From Saccostrea cucullata (lineage: Eukaryota): a stretch of DNA of 64,000 bases. Within the stretch, counting starts at the first letter, position 1. Each line of letters starts with the position of its first letter. A program made the translations under genes and the position numbers. The notes beneath the pieces were generated by a model. That model did no database searches, was not told the DNA's origin, and saw only the letters and a program-made list of their open reading frames with translations. Of this stretch, positions 50,460 to 62,687 are shown piece after piece. The stretch covers positions 186,001 through 250,000 of the forward strand of contig NW_026930981.1 in assembly GCF_032062105.1 (NCBI RefSeq). The letters are read 5' to 3'.

Positions 50460-52040
50460 TCAAAATGACTCACTCATCTCAGACACTCAGGTACAAATGA
50501 ATCACACTCATCTCAGACATTCAGGTCCAAATGGCTCACACTCATCTCAGACACTCAGGTCCAAATGACTAACACTCATCTCAGACACTCAGGTCCAAAT
50601 GACTAACACTCATCTCAGACACTCAGGTCCAAATGACTCATATACAACTCAGACACTCAGGTCCAAATGACTAACACTCATCTCAGACACTCAGGTCCAA
50701 ATGACTCACACACATCTCAGACACTGAGGTCCAAATGACTAACACTCATCTCAGACACTCATTTCCAAATGACTAACACTCATCTCAGACACTCAGGTCC
50801 AAATGACTCACACTCATCTCAGACACTCAGGTACAAATGAATCACACTCATCTCAGACATTCAAACACTCTTCTCAGACATTCAGATCCAAATGACTAGC
50901 ACTCATCTCAGACATTCAGGTCCAAATGATTAACAAACATCTCAGACACTCAGGTCCAAATGACTTACACTCATCTCAGACACTCAGGTCCAAAGGATTA
51001 ACAAACATCTCAGACACTCAGGTCCAAAAGATCCACACTTATCTCAGACATTCAGGTCCAAAAATCTCACACTCATCTCAGACATTCAGGTCCAAATGTC
51101 TCACACACATCTCAGACATTCGGGTCCAAATGACTCACACTCATTTCAGACACTCAGGTCCAAATGACTAACACTCATCTCAGACATTCAGGTCCAAATG
51201 ATTAACAAACATCTCAGACACTCAGGTCCAAATGACAGACACTTCCAAATGACAACACATCTCAGACACTCAGGTCCAAATGATCCACAAGGTCCATCTC
51301 AGACACTCAGGTCCAAGTGATCCACACTCATCTCAGACATTCAGGTCCAAATGTCTCACACACATCTCAGACATTCAGGTCCAAATGACTCACACTCATC
51401 TCAGACACTCAGGTCCAAATGACAAACACTCATCTCAGACACTAAGGTCCAAATTACTAACACTCATCTCAGACACTCAGGTCCAAATGACTAACACTCA
51501 TCTCAGACACTCAGATCCAAATGACTAACACTCATCTCAGACACTCAGGTCCAAATGACTAACACTCATCTCAGACACTCAGGTCCAAATGACTCACATA
51601 CAACTCAAACACTCAGGTCCAAATGACTCACACTCATCTCAGACACTCAGGTCCAAATGAGTCACAATCATCTCAGACATTCAGGTCCAAATGGCTCACA
51701 CTCATCTCAGACACTCAGGTCCAAATGATTAACACACATCTCAGACACTCAGGTCTAAGTGATCCACACACATCTCAGACATTCAGGTCCAAATGACTCA
51801 CACTCATCTCAGACACTCAGGTCCAAATGACTCACACTCATCTCAGACACTCAGGTCCAAATGACCCACAATCATCTCAGACATTCAGGTCCAAATGACT
51901 CACACTCATCTCAGACACTGAGGTCCAAATGACCCACAATCATCTCTGACACTCAGGTCCAAATGACCCACAATCATCTCTGACATTCAGGTCCAAATGA
52001 CTCACACTCATCTCAGACACTCTGGTCCAATGATCCACAT
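50460..52040. repeat. 34-bp minisatellite, roughly 45 copies
   Basis: Unit CTCATCTCAGACACTCAGGTCCAAATGACTAACA; TCAGGTCC at 50521 and 50555. Confidence 0.95.
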
Positions 52041-52747
52041 TCACGTCACAGATGAATTCTACTCATCTATAAATGCCCGTCATGTCATAAAATGACCCAA
52101 TATATGTCAGAAACTCAGGTTTCAAATGACATATAACTCATGTTATAAATGAATGAGTATAATATCAGAAATGACCAATATACATGTCATAAATGTCCAA
52201 CATTGTGTTAATTATTGACATGGATCGACAATCACGCATTTCTGCACCATCATTCTCTAACCATTAGCCCATAATGATAAACACCCACGTTTGAAGATGA
52301 AAAGTGGAAAGTCCATTTCAAAGTTTGAATTTATTTTGACATGAACTCATACCCAATATGCCATGTTCTTTAGTTACTTCTCCCATTGGTCTGTTCTGCA
52401 TACAGTGCTGTATGCTAAAAAAACTCCACAAGATGTGCTTTTCATAAATTAATATTTAATATAAATTCAAAAGTGGTGATAAAATGCATAAAGAGAAAAA
52501 TCAGGCGAGGTCACATTAACATGAATAAAAGAAATATTCACAATTCAGATTGCTCCTTAAATCTTTAAAAAGGTAAAAAATATGTAAATTATGATTTCAC
52601 ATCTTTCAAGGGTTTCTCCTTTTAAACAGATAAAAGATTTAGATAGCATTCAAAAGTATAAACTTAAAAAGTGATGCATAAATGATATGCCAAATATTTT
52701 CACTACCAAAAAAAGTATAGCAAAAAACAAAGACAATCACATAACTA

Positions 52748-53458
52748 AGGGTGAAACGTTTACAAAATTTTGTAAACGTTTAAACGAACAGCAGGAAACG
52801 AAACGGTACCATTTAAACGGGAGAATTTTATGTGTTGAATTTTTATGGCTACTTACTTAAGAAACACTAATTTAATATACCATTCTTTCACTATAATGTA
52901 AGTTTGAGTTGTCATTACTGTTTATTTGTTGGTTTTTATGACGAAATAGTAGGAAGTGTCAAAAACTGAAAAGAGATAGTAATAGAAAAATATAATACGA
53001 TAACATTGAAGGTTCCAGTTTACGTTCAATTTTTCAAAGCTTTTATGCCGTTATAAGCATGATACTTTTTATTTTCTAATCAATAAAAAGCAACAACAGG
53101 GGTTATGTATTTTTGAACATATACTTGGAAAAATAAAATAATACATCGCTAGTTTTCACTACTCGGAAATCGGAATTAAATATGTTAGACCAGATTGGTT
53201 TCTAGAAAGTTTTCTTTAATATTAACATTCGTTCATAACGTTACTGGTATCGATTATAACAGATAAAAAAATGTTTGTAACAGATACGAAGTGTGTATTC
53301 TTTGGTAAATATGAAATAAAACAACTTGTTTGCATGAAAGGTTTTTTCTGATAGACATTGATATTAAATTAACCTTCGTGTAAACGTTTACTCAATTTGT
53401 AAACGTTTAGAGCATCTAATCGAAACGTCGCCGTTTACACGTGTAATCGTTTCGCCCT
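52748..53458. mobile_element. MITE downstream of the NT5C3 stop codon
   Basis: TA|AGGGTGAAACGTTTACA ... TGTAATCGTTTCGCCCT|TA with AAACGTTT subterminal repeats. Confidence 0.8.
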
Positions 53459-54473
53459 TACACATAACGAGTGAACTTTGTATCTGTGTTAAAGATTGAA
53501 ATCCAGCTGAACTACAAAACGAATCATACCTATAATTAGCTTAAATTAATGTTTCTATAGTAACCTTATTAAAGTTAAAAATATTTTACATAGTTTTCTA
53601 AAGGAAGATTTTCCTATGACAAGTGAAAAAAAAAATATCAAAAAGTATTTTTAAGAATTACATCAATATACACATATTAATTTAAAATGGTCAAAGAAAT
53701 AAAAAAGGGGAAAAAGAGTTAGTTACAAAGAGTGGAGAACTTTTCTTTACTTTTGTTATAAGAAAAGTTAACTACATACAATTGTACACAACAGCAGTCA
53801 GAAGTAACAATAGAAGAAAGATGTGTGTTGCCATTCAGAATCACCTGACAATAGCAGAACCAGAGCTGCCATGATGTACATGTAATAGCGATTTCTTCTA
53901 ATAGCAGTAAATAAATACTGAACATACACTATGAAAAAATAAAGTTTAACTTGTAAATGTACCACTGATTATGTAAAAAAATGTATATTGACTCTGAGAA
54001 AAAACATTCAGTCATTACTGACAAATAATGACCATAGCTGCATTGTTAAATGCACTCTAACCCCCCCCCCCCCCCCCCCCCCCCCTTTCAATAAAAAATA
54101 CCAATATTACTTGTAAATAAAAATTGTTTACAAAAGTATTGGTTTTAAGAAATACCAAAAATTCCTTAACACAACTAGTCTATAGAATTGCATATAAGTC
54201 TGTATTCACAACTGAAACATACATATCAAATAAAAGAAATGGATTAAGCCCCCACCCTCGTAAAATGACACTAACCTATCGCACTCTTATATATATAGCA
54301 TACATTGCATGCTTCATTCAATATACCATTTATGATTCAGATCAAAGGGGGACAAATCAGTCTACCATTCACTCCATATAAGCTGAACACTTCTACTTCC
54401 ATATTAACATTGCACTGAAAGACTTAATTTGCACTAATGTCGATAAGGAGACAGATCCTGCTGTGAGTGAGGT

Positions 54474-54587
54474 CTAATTTTTACTCTGTAGCACCTTCCT
54501 TAGAATCGCGTTCACTACGTCTAAAGTCTCATCCTCCAATATCACGATATCATATCTCCTCATGTACAACTCCAGACTCTCTTCAAC
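54474..54587 (-). CDS. NT5C3: NT5C3 last coding exon (VEESLELYMRRYDIVILEDETLDVVNAILRKVLQSKN*)
   Basis: YDIV..DET C-terminal motif; acceptor TTGCCAG|; TAG at 54476-54474. Confidence 0.92.
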   Translation of the reverse strand, partial: VEESLELYMRRYDIVILEDETLDVVNAILRKVLQSKN

Positions 54588-54984
54588 CTGGCAAATGACA
54601 TGAAACAAAATACAAGTTAAATCTATACTTTTCTTCTTTAAAATTATCATGCTTAACCCCCCCCCCCCCTTAAAATTTAAAGAGTGGGAAAAAATTATCT
54701 ACTGAGCTGAACTGCTGATAGTTTTGAATAGTTTTGTAAAACATAAAAAAAATATTTAACTATCCAACATCTTAAATACACCTTATATTATACTTTCATG
54801 TATGTATATCATTTGAATCTGATTGGTCAAGACACATTTGTTAAAAAACACTATTACCAGCTGAATGATGAAGCCACGCCGTCCAGCGTAGCAACAGTCA
54901 ATATTGATTGATGACGGGTGATATTCCAAAAAATAGCGACTGCTCAGAATTTATGCATGCATGTTTCACTGTTACAATAAATAC

Positions 54985-55100
54985 TGCATGTAGTTGAGTG
55001 TAACATTGAAAATTTTCACCCCTCGAAAACCATTTTCAACTCAGGCACACAATGGTCTTCTTGGGGTGAAAATTTTCAATGTTACACTCAACTACATGCA
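54985..55100. repeat. Intronic hairpin / palindromic element
   Basis: TGCATGTAGTTGAGTGTAACATTGAAAATTTTCACCCC pairs perfectly with GGGGTGAAAATTTTCAATGTTACACTCAACTACATGCA. Confidence 0.85.
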
Positions 55101-55142
55101 ATATTTATATAATACATTTTTAATACCCCTTCTATAACCTAC

Positions 55143-55343
55143 CTTTACATTAAGAAATCCTACAGTGAGTTTATTTTTTACCCCTACAGCTCCATCAGCC
55201 ATGTGAAGATCTCCAATGGAATCCCCGATTAGGACGATGTTATTACGATGTTCTAAATTCTGGAAATAATCGGAGTCGTGTATCGCCCCCTCGTTCTTAT
55301 TAAACACATGAATTAGATCATCCTGGAAACCTGTCATTTGACC
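55143..55343 (-). CDS. NT5C3: NT5C3 exon (GQMTGFQDDLIHVFNKN...LIGDSIGDLHMADG...GFLNVK)
   Basis: HAD motifs III and IV (IHVFNK, GDSxGD); 201 nt, phase 0/0, canonical sites. Confidence 0.95.
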
Positions 55344-55353
55344 CTGAAAAAAA

Positions 55354-58178
55354 ACCAGAAGTCTCTGTCGAGACTGTAGCTCTACTGGTTTATACTTAAA
55401 ACAAAGGAAGAGAAAAGTACCAGTTGGGACTTGAGACTTTAAATCAGCAATAAATAGAAAAATGATCCTTGCCACTCATCAAAATAAAAACCAATGCACA
55501 GAATTATGTATCTTAGTATAGTCTACTTGTGTGCCAAGTTATACTGAAATCAGACCAAAACTGTAGGAGGAGTAGCATTTTGAAAGAATTTCACAGAAAT
55601 TTCTATTTTTAGTAACCACGGCAACACCGTTCATCGAAATCAAAAACCGATGCACAGAATTATGTATTTTAGTGTAGTCTACTTGTGTGCCAAGTAATAT
55701 TGAAATTGGACCAAAAATGTAGTAGGAGTAGCATTTTGAAAAAATTTCAAAGAAATTTATATTTTTAGTAACCACGGCAACACCGTTCATCGAAATCAAA
55801 AACCGATGCACAAAATTATGTATCTTAGTGTAGTCTACTTGTGTGCCAAGTTATACTGAAATCGGACCAAATCTGTAGGAGGAGTAGCATTTTGAAAGAA
55901 TTTCAAAGAAATTTCTATTTTTAGTAACCAAGGCAACACCGTTCATCAAAATCAAAAACCGATGCACAGAATTATGTATCTTAGTGTAATCTACATGTGT
56001 GCCAAGTTATAAGGAAATTGGACCAAAACTGTAGGAGGAGTAGCATTTTGAAAGAATTTCAAAGAAATTTCTATTTTTAGTAACCACGGCAACACCGTTC
56101 ATCGAAATCAAAAACCGATGTACAGAATTATGTATTTTAGTGTAGTCTACTTGTGTGCCAAGTAATATTGAAATTGGAAAAAAACTGTAGGAGGAGTAGC
56201 ATTTTGAAAGAATTTCAAAGAAATTTCTATTTTTAGTAACCACGGCAACACCGTTCATCGAAATCAAAAACCGATGCACAAAATTATGTATCTTAGTGTA
56301 GTCTACTTGTGTGCCAAGTTATATTGAAATCAGACCAAAACTGTAGGAGGAGTAGCATTTTGAAAAATTGTTTACAGACAGACAGATGGACAGACAGACA
56401 GACAGACAGACGGACAGACAGACGGACGGACGACGGACGCATTACTATCGCATAAGCTCTTCTGGTCTCTGACCAGTAGAGCTAACCAGAAGTCTCTGTC
56501 GAGACTGTAGCTCTACTGGTTTGTACTGATCAAAAACCGATGCACAGAATTATGTATCTTAGTGTAGTCTACTTGTGTGATAAGTTATATTGAAATCAGA
56601 CCAAAACTGTAGAAGGAGTAGCATTTTAAAGGAATTCCACAGAAAATTCTACTTTTAGTAACCATGGCAACACCACTCATCGAAATCAAAAACCGATGCA
56701 CTATTCTATGTATCTTAGTGTAGTCTACTTGTGTGCCAAGTGATATTGAAATGAGACTAAAACTGTAGAAGGAGTAGCGTTTTAAAAAATTTCTCAGAAA
56801 ATTCAATTTTTAGTAACCATGGCAACATCGTTCATCGAAATCAAAAACCGATGCATTATTTTATGTATCTTAGTGTAGTCTACTTGTGTGCCAAGTTATA
56901 TTGAAATCAGACCAAAACTTTAGAAGGCGTAGCGTTTTAAAGGAATTCCTCAGAAAATTCTATTTTTAGTAACCATTGCAACACCGCTCATCGAAATCAA
57001 AAACTGATGCACTATTCTATGTATCTTAGTGTAGTCTACTTGTATGCCAAGTGATATTGAAATGAGACTAAAACTGTAGAAGGAGTAGCGTTTTAAAGGA
57101 ATTTCACAGAAAATTCTATTTGTAGTAACCATGGCAACATCGTTCATCGAAATCATAAACCGATGCACTATTTTATGTATCTTAGTGTAGTCTACTTGTG
57201 TGCCAAGTTATATTGAAATCAGAACACAACTGCAGAAGGAGTAGTGTTTTAAAGGAATTTCTCAGAAAATTCTATTTTTAGTAACCAAGGCATCACCGTT
57301 CATCGAAATCAAAAACCGATGCACTATTTTATGTATCTTAGTGTAGTCAACTTGTGTGCCAAGTTATATTGAAATCAGACCAAAACTGTAGAAGGAGTAG
57401 AGTTTTAAAGGAATTACTCAGAAAATTCTATATTTAGTAACCATGGCAACACCGTTCATCGAAATCAAAAACCGATGCACTATTTTATGTATCTTAGTGT
57501 AGTCAACTTGTGTGCCAAATTATATTGAAATCAGACTAAAATTGTAGGAGGAGTAGCGTTTTGAAAAATTGTTTACAGACAGACAGACAGACAGACGGAC
57601 GGACGCCGGACGCATTACTATCACATAAGCTCTTCTGGTCTCTGACCAGTAGAGCTAATTACAAACCAGAAGTCTCTGTCGAGACTGTAGCTCTACTGGT
57701 TTGTACTTATAACAAAGGATAAGAAAAGAAGCCATTGCAATCAGACCAAAACTGTAGAAGGAGTGATGTTTTAAAGGAATTTCATGGACATTTCTACTTT
57801 TAGTACTAATGGCAACATCATTCATCAAAATCAAAAACTGATGCACTATTTAATGTATCTTAGTGTAGTCTACTTGTGTGCCAAGTTAAATTGAAATCAG
57901 ACCAAAACTGTAGAAGGAGTAGTGTTTTAAAGGAATTTCACAGAAAATTCTATTTTTAGTAACCACGGCAACACCATTCATCGAAATCAAAAACCGATGC
58001 ACAGAATTATGTGTCTTAGTGTAGTCTACTTGTGTGCCAAGTTACATTGAAATCGGACCAAAACTGTAGGAGGAGTAGCATTTTGAAAAATTGTTTACAG
58101 ACAGACAGACAGACAGACGGACGGACGACAGACACCTTACTATTGCATAAGCTCTTCTGGTCTCTGACCAGTAGAGCT
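55354..58178 (+). mobile_element. Three tandem HINEs with internal 156-bp satellite (55354-56483, 56485-57656, 57665-58178)
   Basis: Each starts ACCAGAAGTCTCTGTCGAGACTGTAGCTCTACTGG and ends (GACA)n(GACG)n...CTCTTCTGGTCTCTGACCAGTAGAGCT. Confidence 0.9.
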
Positions 58179-58273
58179 GAAAATACAATTCAGAGGTCAT
58201 GATCTATTTTTACATCTGTATAAAATGGAAAAAAATGATTTGAATAAAATTATATTTGAGCAAAAAATGACTA

Positions 58274-58479
58274 CTGTAAATCACTTTATTCGCGTGAATT
58301 TTATTTTCGCGTAATTACGCGGGTCTGCCTGCTCACGAAAAATTAATTCTTGCGTATACTTGTATTATAAATGTTTATATACAAGAGAAGTCACAGCTCG
58401 CAAAAATTTTGTTTCGTTAATAAATACCAAATAGCTAACTCGCGAAAATAAGGTGTCGCGAAAATACAGTGATCTACAG
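58274..58479. mobile_element. MITE with TA TSD (same family as 22751)
   Basis: TA|CTGTAAATCACT ... AGTGATCTACAG|TA. Confidence 0.8.
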
Positions 58480-58643
58480 TATACAGAGAACTGAAATTTC
58501 CTTTTAAAAAATTTTATAACAAAAGCTTGTTTTATTACCATTAATTATATTTTATTGACGGAATGATTTTACATACTACATGTACAAATCAAGTATAAAA
58601 CAGAAAGATTCATTAAAGCAATAAAATGTTATTTGCTACTGAC

Positions 58644-58806
58644 CTGAGCATCGTATTCCAGATAATTAGAGACGACCTTCATGTTGTCATGGAGAGTTGC
58701 CTGGTGTTTGATGACCTCAATGATGACATCACCAATCCCCGCAGAAAAGATCAGGAGAGGGATCTCATTAGCATGTAACTGGTCAAAAAACCATGTACAA
58801 CCATCC
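58644..58806 (-). CDS. NT5C3: NT5C3 exon (DGCTWFFDQLHANEIPLLIFSAGIGDVI...KVVSNYLEYDAQ)
   Basis: HAD motif II FSAGIGD and VVSN; 163 nt, phase 2/0. Confidence 0.95.
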
Positions 58807-58820
58807 CTATTAGGAAAATA

Positions 58821-60083
58821 ACCAGAAGTCTCTGTCGAGACTGTAACTCTACTGGTATGTACTTATCAAAAACCATTGCACTATTTTATGTATCTTTGTG
58901 TAGTCTACTTGTGTGCCAACTTATTTTGAAATCAAACTAGAACTGTAGAAGGAGTAGCGTTTTTAAGGAATTTCACAGAAAATTCTATTTTTAGTAACCA
59001 TGGTAACACCGTTCATCGAAATCAGAAACCGATGCACTATTCTATGTATCTTAGGGTAGTCTACTTGTGTGCCAAGTTATACTGAAATCAGACCAAAACT
59101 GTAGAAGGAGTAGCGTTTTTAAAGAATTTCACAGAAAATTCTATTTTTAGTAACCATGGCAACATCGTTCATCGAAATTAATAACCGATGCACTATTCTA
59201 TGTATCTTAGTGTAGTCTACTTGTGTGCCAAGTTATATTGAAATCAGACCAAAACTGTAGAAGAAGTAGCGTTTTTAAGGAATTTCACAGAAAATTCTAT
59301 TTTTAGTAACCATGGCAACATCGTTCATCGAAATTAAAAACCGATGCACTATTCTATGTATCTTAGTGTAGTCTACTTGTGTGCCAAGTTATATTGAAAT
59401 CAAACTAGAACTGTAGAAGGAGTAGCGTTTTTAAGGAATTTCACAGAAAATTCTATTTATAGTAACCATGGCAACACCGTTCATCTAAATTAAAAACCGA
59501 TGCACTATTCTATGTATCTTAGTGTAGCCTACTTGTGTGCCAAGTTATATTGAAATCAGACCAAAACTGCAGAAGGAGTAGCGTTTTAAAGGAATTTCAC
59601 AGAAAATTCTATTTTTAGTAACCATGGCAACACCGTTCATCGAAATCAAAAACCGATGCACTATTCTATGTATCTTAGTGTAGTCTACTTGTGTGCCAAG
59701 TTATATTGAAATCAGACCAAAACTGTGGAAGGAGTAGCATTTTAAAGGAATTTCACAGAAAATTCTATTTTTAGTAACCATGGCAACACCGTTCATCGAA
59801 ATCAAAAACCGATGCACTATTCTATGTATCTTAGTATAGTCTACTTGTGTGCCAAAGTATATTGAAATCACACCAAAACTGTGGAAGGAGTAGCGTTTTA
59901 AAGGAATTTCACAGAAAATTCTATTTTTAGTAACCATGGCAACACCGTTCATTGAAATTAAAAACCCATGCACTATTCTATGTATCTTAGTGTAGTCTAC
60001 TTGTGTGCCAAGTTATATTGAAATCAGACTAAAATTGTAGGAGGAGTAGCGTTTTGAAAAATTGTTTACAGACAGACGGACAG

Positions 60084-60118
<35 letters not shown>

Positions 60119-60177
60119 GACGGACGCCGGACGCATTACTATCGCATAAGCTCTTCTGGTCTCTGACCAGTAGAGCT
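58821..60177 (+). mobile_element. HINE with ~8 copies of the 156-bp satellite
   Basis: Same termini as the elements at 55354. Confidence 0.9.
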
Positions 60178-60322
60178 AAAAATTGGTTAGAAAAATTGTA
60201 CAGCCATTATCGACAGAAAAAATAAAATGTACAGAACAAAAGCAATAGCATCAAAATGTTTGACTTTTTAAATACTTTACAACCATTTCTCACCATAAAC
60301 TCTAGATTACAGTCTTCTGCCT

Positions 60323-60951
60323 ATGTAACCTCTGTCTGGAAGTTGAATTTTCTATCATTTATCTACTGTAAATATTACCTTAGCCTGACAGTTGAGTTTT
60401 CTATTATTTGACTCCTGATTATGTTACCTTAGCCTGAAAGTTGAATTTTCTACCACTTGTCTACTGTATATGTTACCTTAGCCTGAAAGTTGAATTTTCT
60501 ACCATTTCTCTACTGTAAATATTACCTTAGTCTGGCTGTTGAATTTTCTACCACTTGTCTTCTCTATATGTTACCATAGCCTGGCTGTTGAATTTTCTAC
60601 CATTTATCTACTGTAAATATTACCTTAGCCTGGCTGTTGAATTTTCTATTATTTGTCTACTGTATATGTTATCTTTGCCTGAAAGTTGAATTTTCTACCA
60701 TCTGTCAACTGTAAATATTATCTTGGTCTGCTTTGTTGAATTTTCTACCATTTGTCTAATGTTTATGGGTTTTTAAGCCAGACAGATGAATTTTCTACCA
60801 CTTGTCTACTGATATGTTACCTTAGTTTGGCAGTTGAATTTTCCATTTGTCTAATGTTTATGGGTTTTTTTAGCCTGACAGTTGAATTTTCTACCACTTG
60901 TCTACTGATATGTTACCTTAGTTTGGCAGTTGAATTTTCCACCATTTGTCT
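60323..60951. repeat. 49-bp minisatellite derived from the exon 3' end plus splice donor
   Basis: GTTGAATTTTCTACC recurs at 60440, 60489, 60538, etc.; the last unit overlaps the exon at 60917-60951. Confidence 0.88.
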
Positions 60952-61006
60952 AACATCATCTTTATTTATGTTACACTTCGCCAACAAATCATGGGCTTTT
61001 GTCCAC
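60917..61006 (-). CDS. NT5C3: NT5C3 exon (WTKAHDLLAKCNINKDDVRQMVENSTAKLR)
   Basis: 90 nt, phase 2/2, CTACAG| and AG|GTAAC. Confidence 0.92.
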
Positions 61007-61140
61007 CTGTAGATTAACAAAGATAAAATGATTTCAGTTTTAGCAACAGCCCTATTACACAATACAGTGTATACTGTTAAGAGAGTTCTAGGAAAATCTC
61101 TCATGTCACAGATATGTACAAAGTCTCACACATTACTCAC

Positions 61141-61226
61141 CATTCCACCATAATTGGAATTTTTTCTTCCATAGTTAGTTGAGGGTTGGTCTCAATAGGA
61201 AAATAGTGATCCCTTAATGCCCTCGC
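61141..61226 (-). CDS. NT5C3: NT5C3 exon (ARALRDHYFPIETNPQLTMEEKIPIMVEW)
   Basis: YxPIE..EEK.P.MVEW cap-domain motif; 86 nt, phase 0/2. Confidence 0.93.
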
Positions 61227-61584
61227 CTATAATGAGAAATGGATTACTAAAGTGAGCAGTCAGTGATCTGGACAAACAAGGAGAGACATGGAAATGATGT
61301 TTCCACATAGAAAACAATATATACGGAATCTAGGAAAATATTAAGTTATTAACATGCTCCAATAGTTTTTACTGTACACATGAAATGAAGTTTTAGATGA
61401 GGAAATTAAATTGACAAATGATCAGTAATTGTCAGTATGATTCCACTCATCAAATTTAGTATCATTGAATTTAGATTGTAAATAATATATTTACTGCTTG
61501 ACTGTCCCAGTGACTTGTTTTACAAGACTTAAGACAGTCGCCCCATTATCTGAGGTATGTTCTATTGAGTTAATACATACTGAC

Positions 61585-61631
61585 CTCTTCTTTATAGAAA
61601 TCTGGCAAAACATGTCCCTCTTCTAGAACAT
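61585..61631 (-). CDS. NT5C3: NT5C3 exon (NVLEEGHVLPDFYKEE)
   Basis: 47 nt, phase 1/0; keeps the frame between flanking exons. Confidence 0.88.
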
Positions 61632-62195
61632 CTGAAAATACAATTACATGGCAGGTTAAATGATTTACATATCTACATCATTAAAGTAGTCTACAAATTT
61701 TTAACTTTCTATTTTTAATGAATATAAAGAAAAAAAAATTATAAGTTTGAATGACTTTTTTTTAAAGTATGGTACCTGGATACCAAATATATTTAATATG
61801 GTTACTTACAGCTTAATTTTACTGAAAATTTTATCCTTGCATTTGAAACTAGAGTGTTTATAAACCTACAATATTATCTACAATTTTTCAGCACCATTAT
61901 ACTATATTGTAATGAAATTAAAACAATATACACATTCTCGTATCAAGAATTTTAGTATTCTGTGATGTGCTGACTGAAATGACCTGGGAGTTAGTTCAAA
62001 ATCATACAACAAATGTTGACAAAACACCATGCACTATTTAAGAAATATGACTTTAACTCTGCAAACTTTGCCATAGATATAGTTTAAAATGTCACCCACT
62101 TTATAAGAAACAATGGAATGGTAAATATACATATACATATATACAGCTAATGTTAAAATTGGATTAATAGACCAAAAGGAACATGGGATTAGATA

Positions 62196-62401
62196 CTGTA
62201 CACAGGAAAAATTTTCCCCCGTTTTATTTTCACCCCTTTGGCCCTACCCTCATTTGGCCAAATTTAAAATGGTGCGAATTCAAAGAATAATGTATATTTT
62301 CTTAAAAATAACTATGACTGCGTGAATATAAAATGGGGCAAAATTGTTTTTAAGTGTAAAAGGGTGAAAATAACATGGGACGAAAATAACCCTGTATACA
62401 G
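62196..62401. mobile_element. MITE with TA TSD
   Basis: TA|CTGTACACAGG ... CCTGTATACAG|TA. Confidence 0.75.
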
Positions 62402-62617
62402 TAGTATGGATTGCCAGTTTGAATTAAATGAATTCATTGAAAAATAGAGGAAATTCAAGGGATCTCTATCAAATCTCAAAATTTTATCTGATAAAAAAGA
62501 AGCACACTATCCTCACAGTCAGACCTAATTTATACACCTTCCCCCCAAGTCAGTAGGGGACTACAATGGGGGGAGAATGTTTGTATAAATCACATCACCC
62601 TGTGAGGTTTCACATAC

Positions 62618-62687
62618 TATGACAAGTCGAGCAGATTTGGCCTCGGTATGTGTATTTGGACAGAGTTCTATCAAAGTCGGCTACCAC
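62618..62687 (-). CDS. NT5C3: NT5C3 catalytic motif I exon, variant b (VVADFDRTLSKYTYRGQICSTCH)
   Basis: DFDxTL; 70 nt, phase 0/1; CTTTCAG| and A|GTATGT. Confidence 0.93.

Noticed and set aside
50460-52040. 34-bp repeat as a CRISPR array or repeat protein
   Set aside because: Units are contiguous with no unique spacers, there are no cas genes, the context is eukaryotic, and the frame shifts every unit.
55539-59973. Repeated MHRFLISMNGVA... ORFs
   Set aside because: The 156-bp unit is a multiple of 3, so open frames recur by construction; they are intronic and interrupted by stops.
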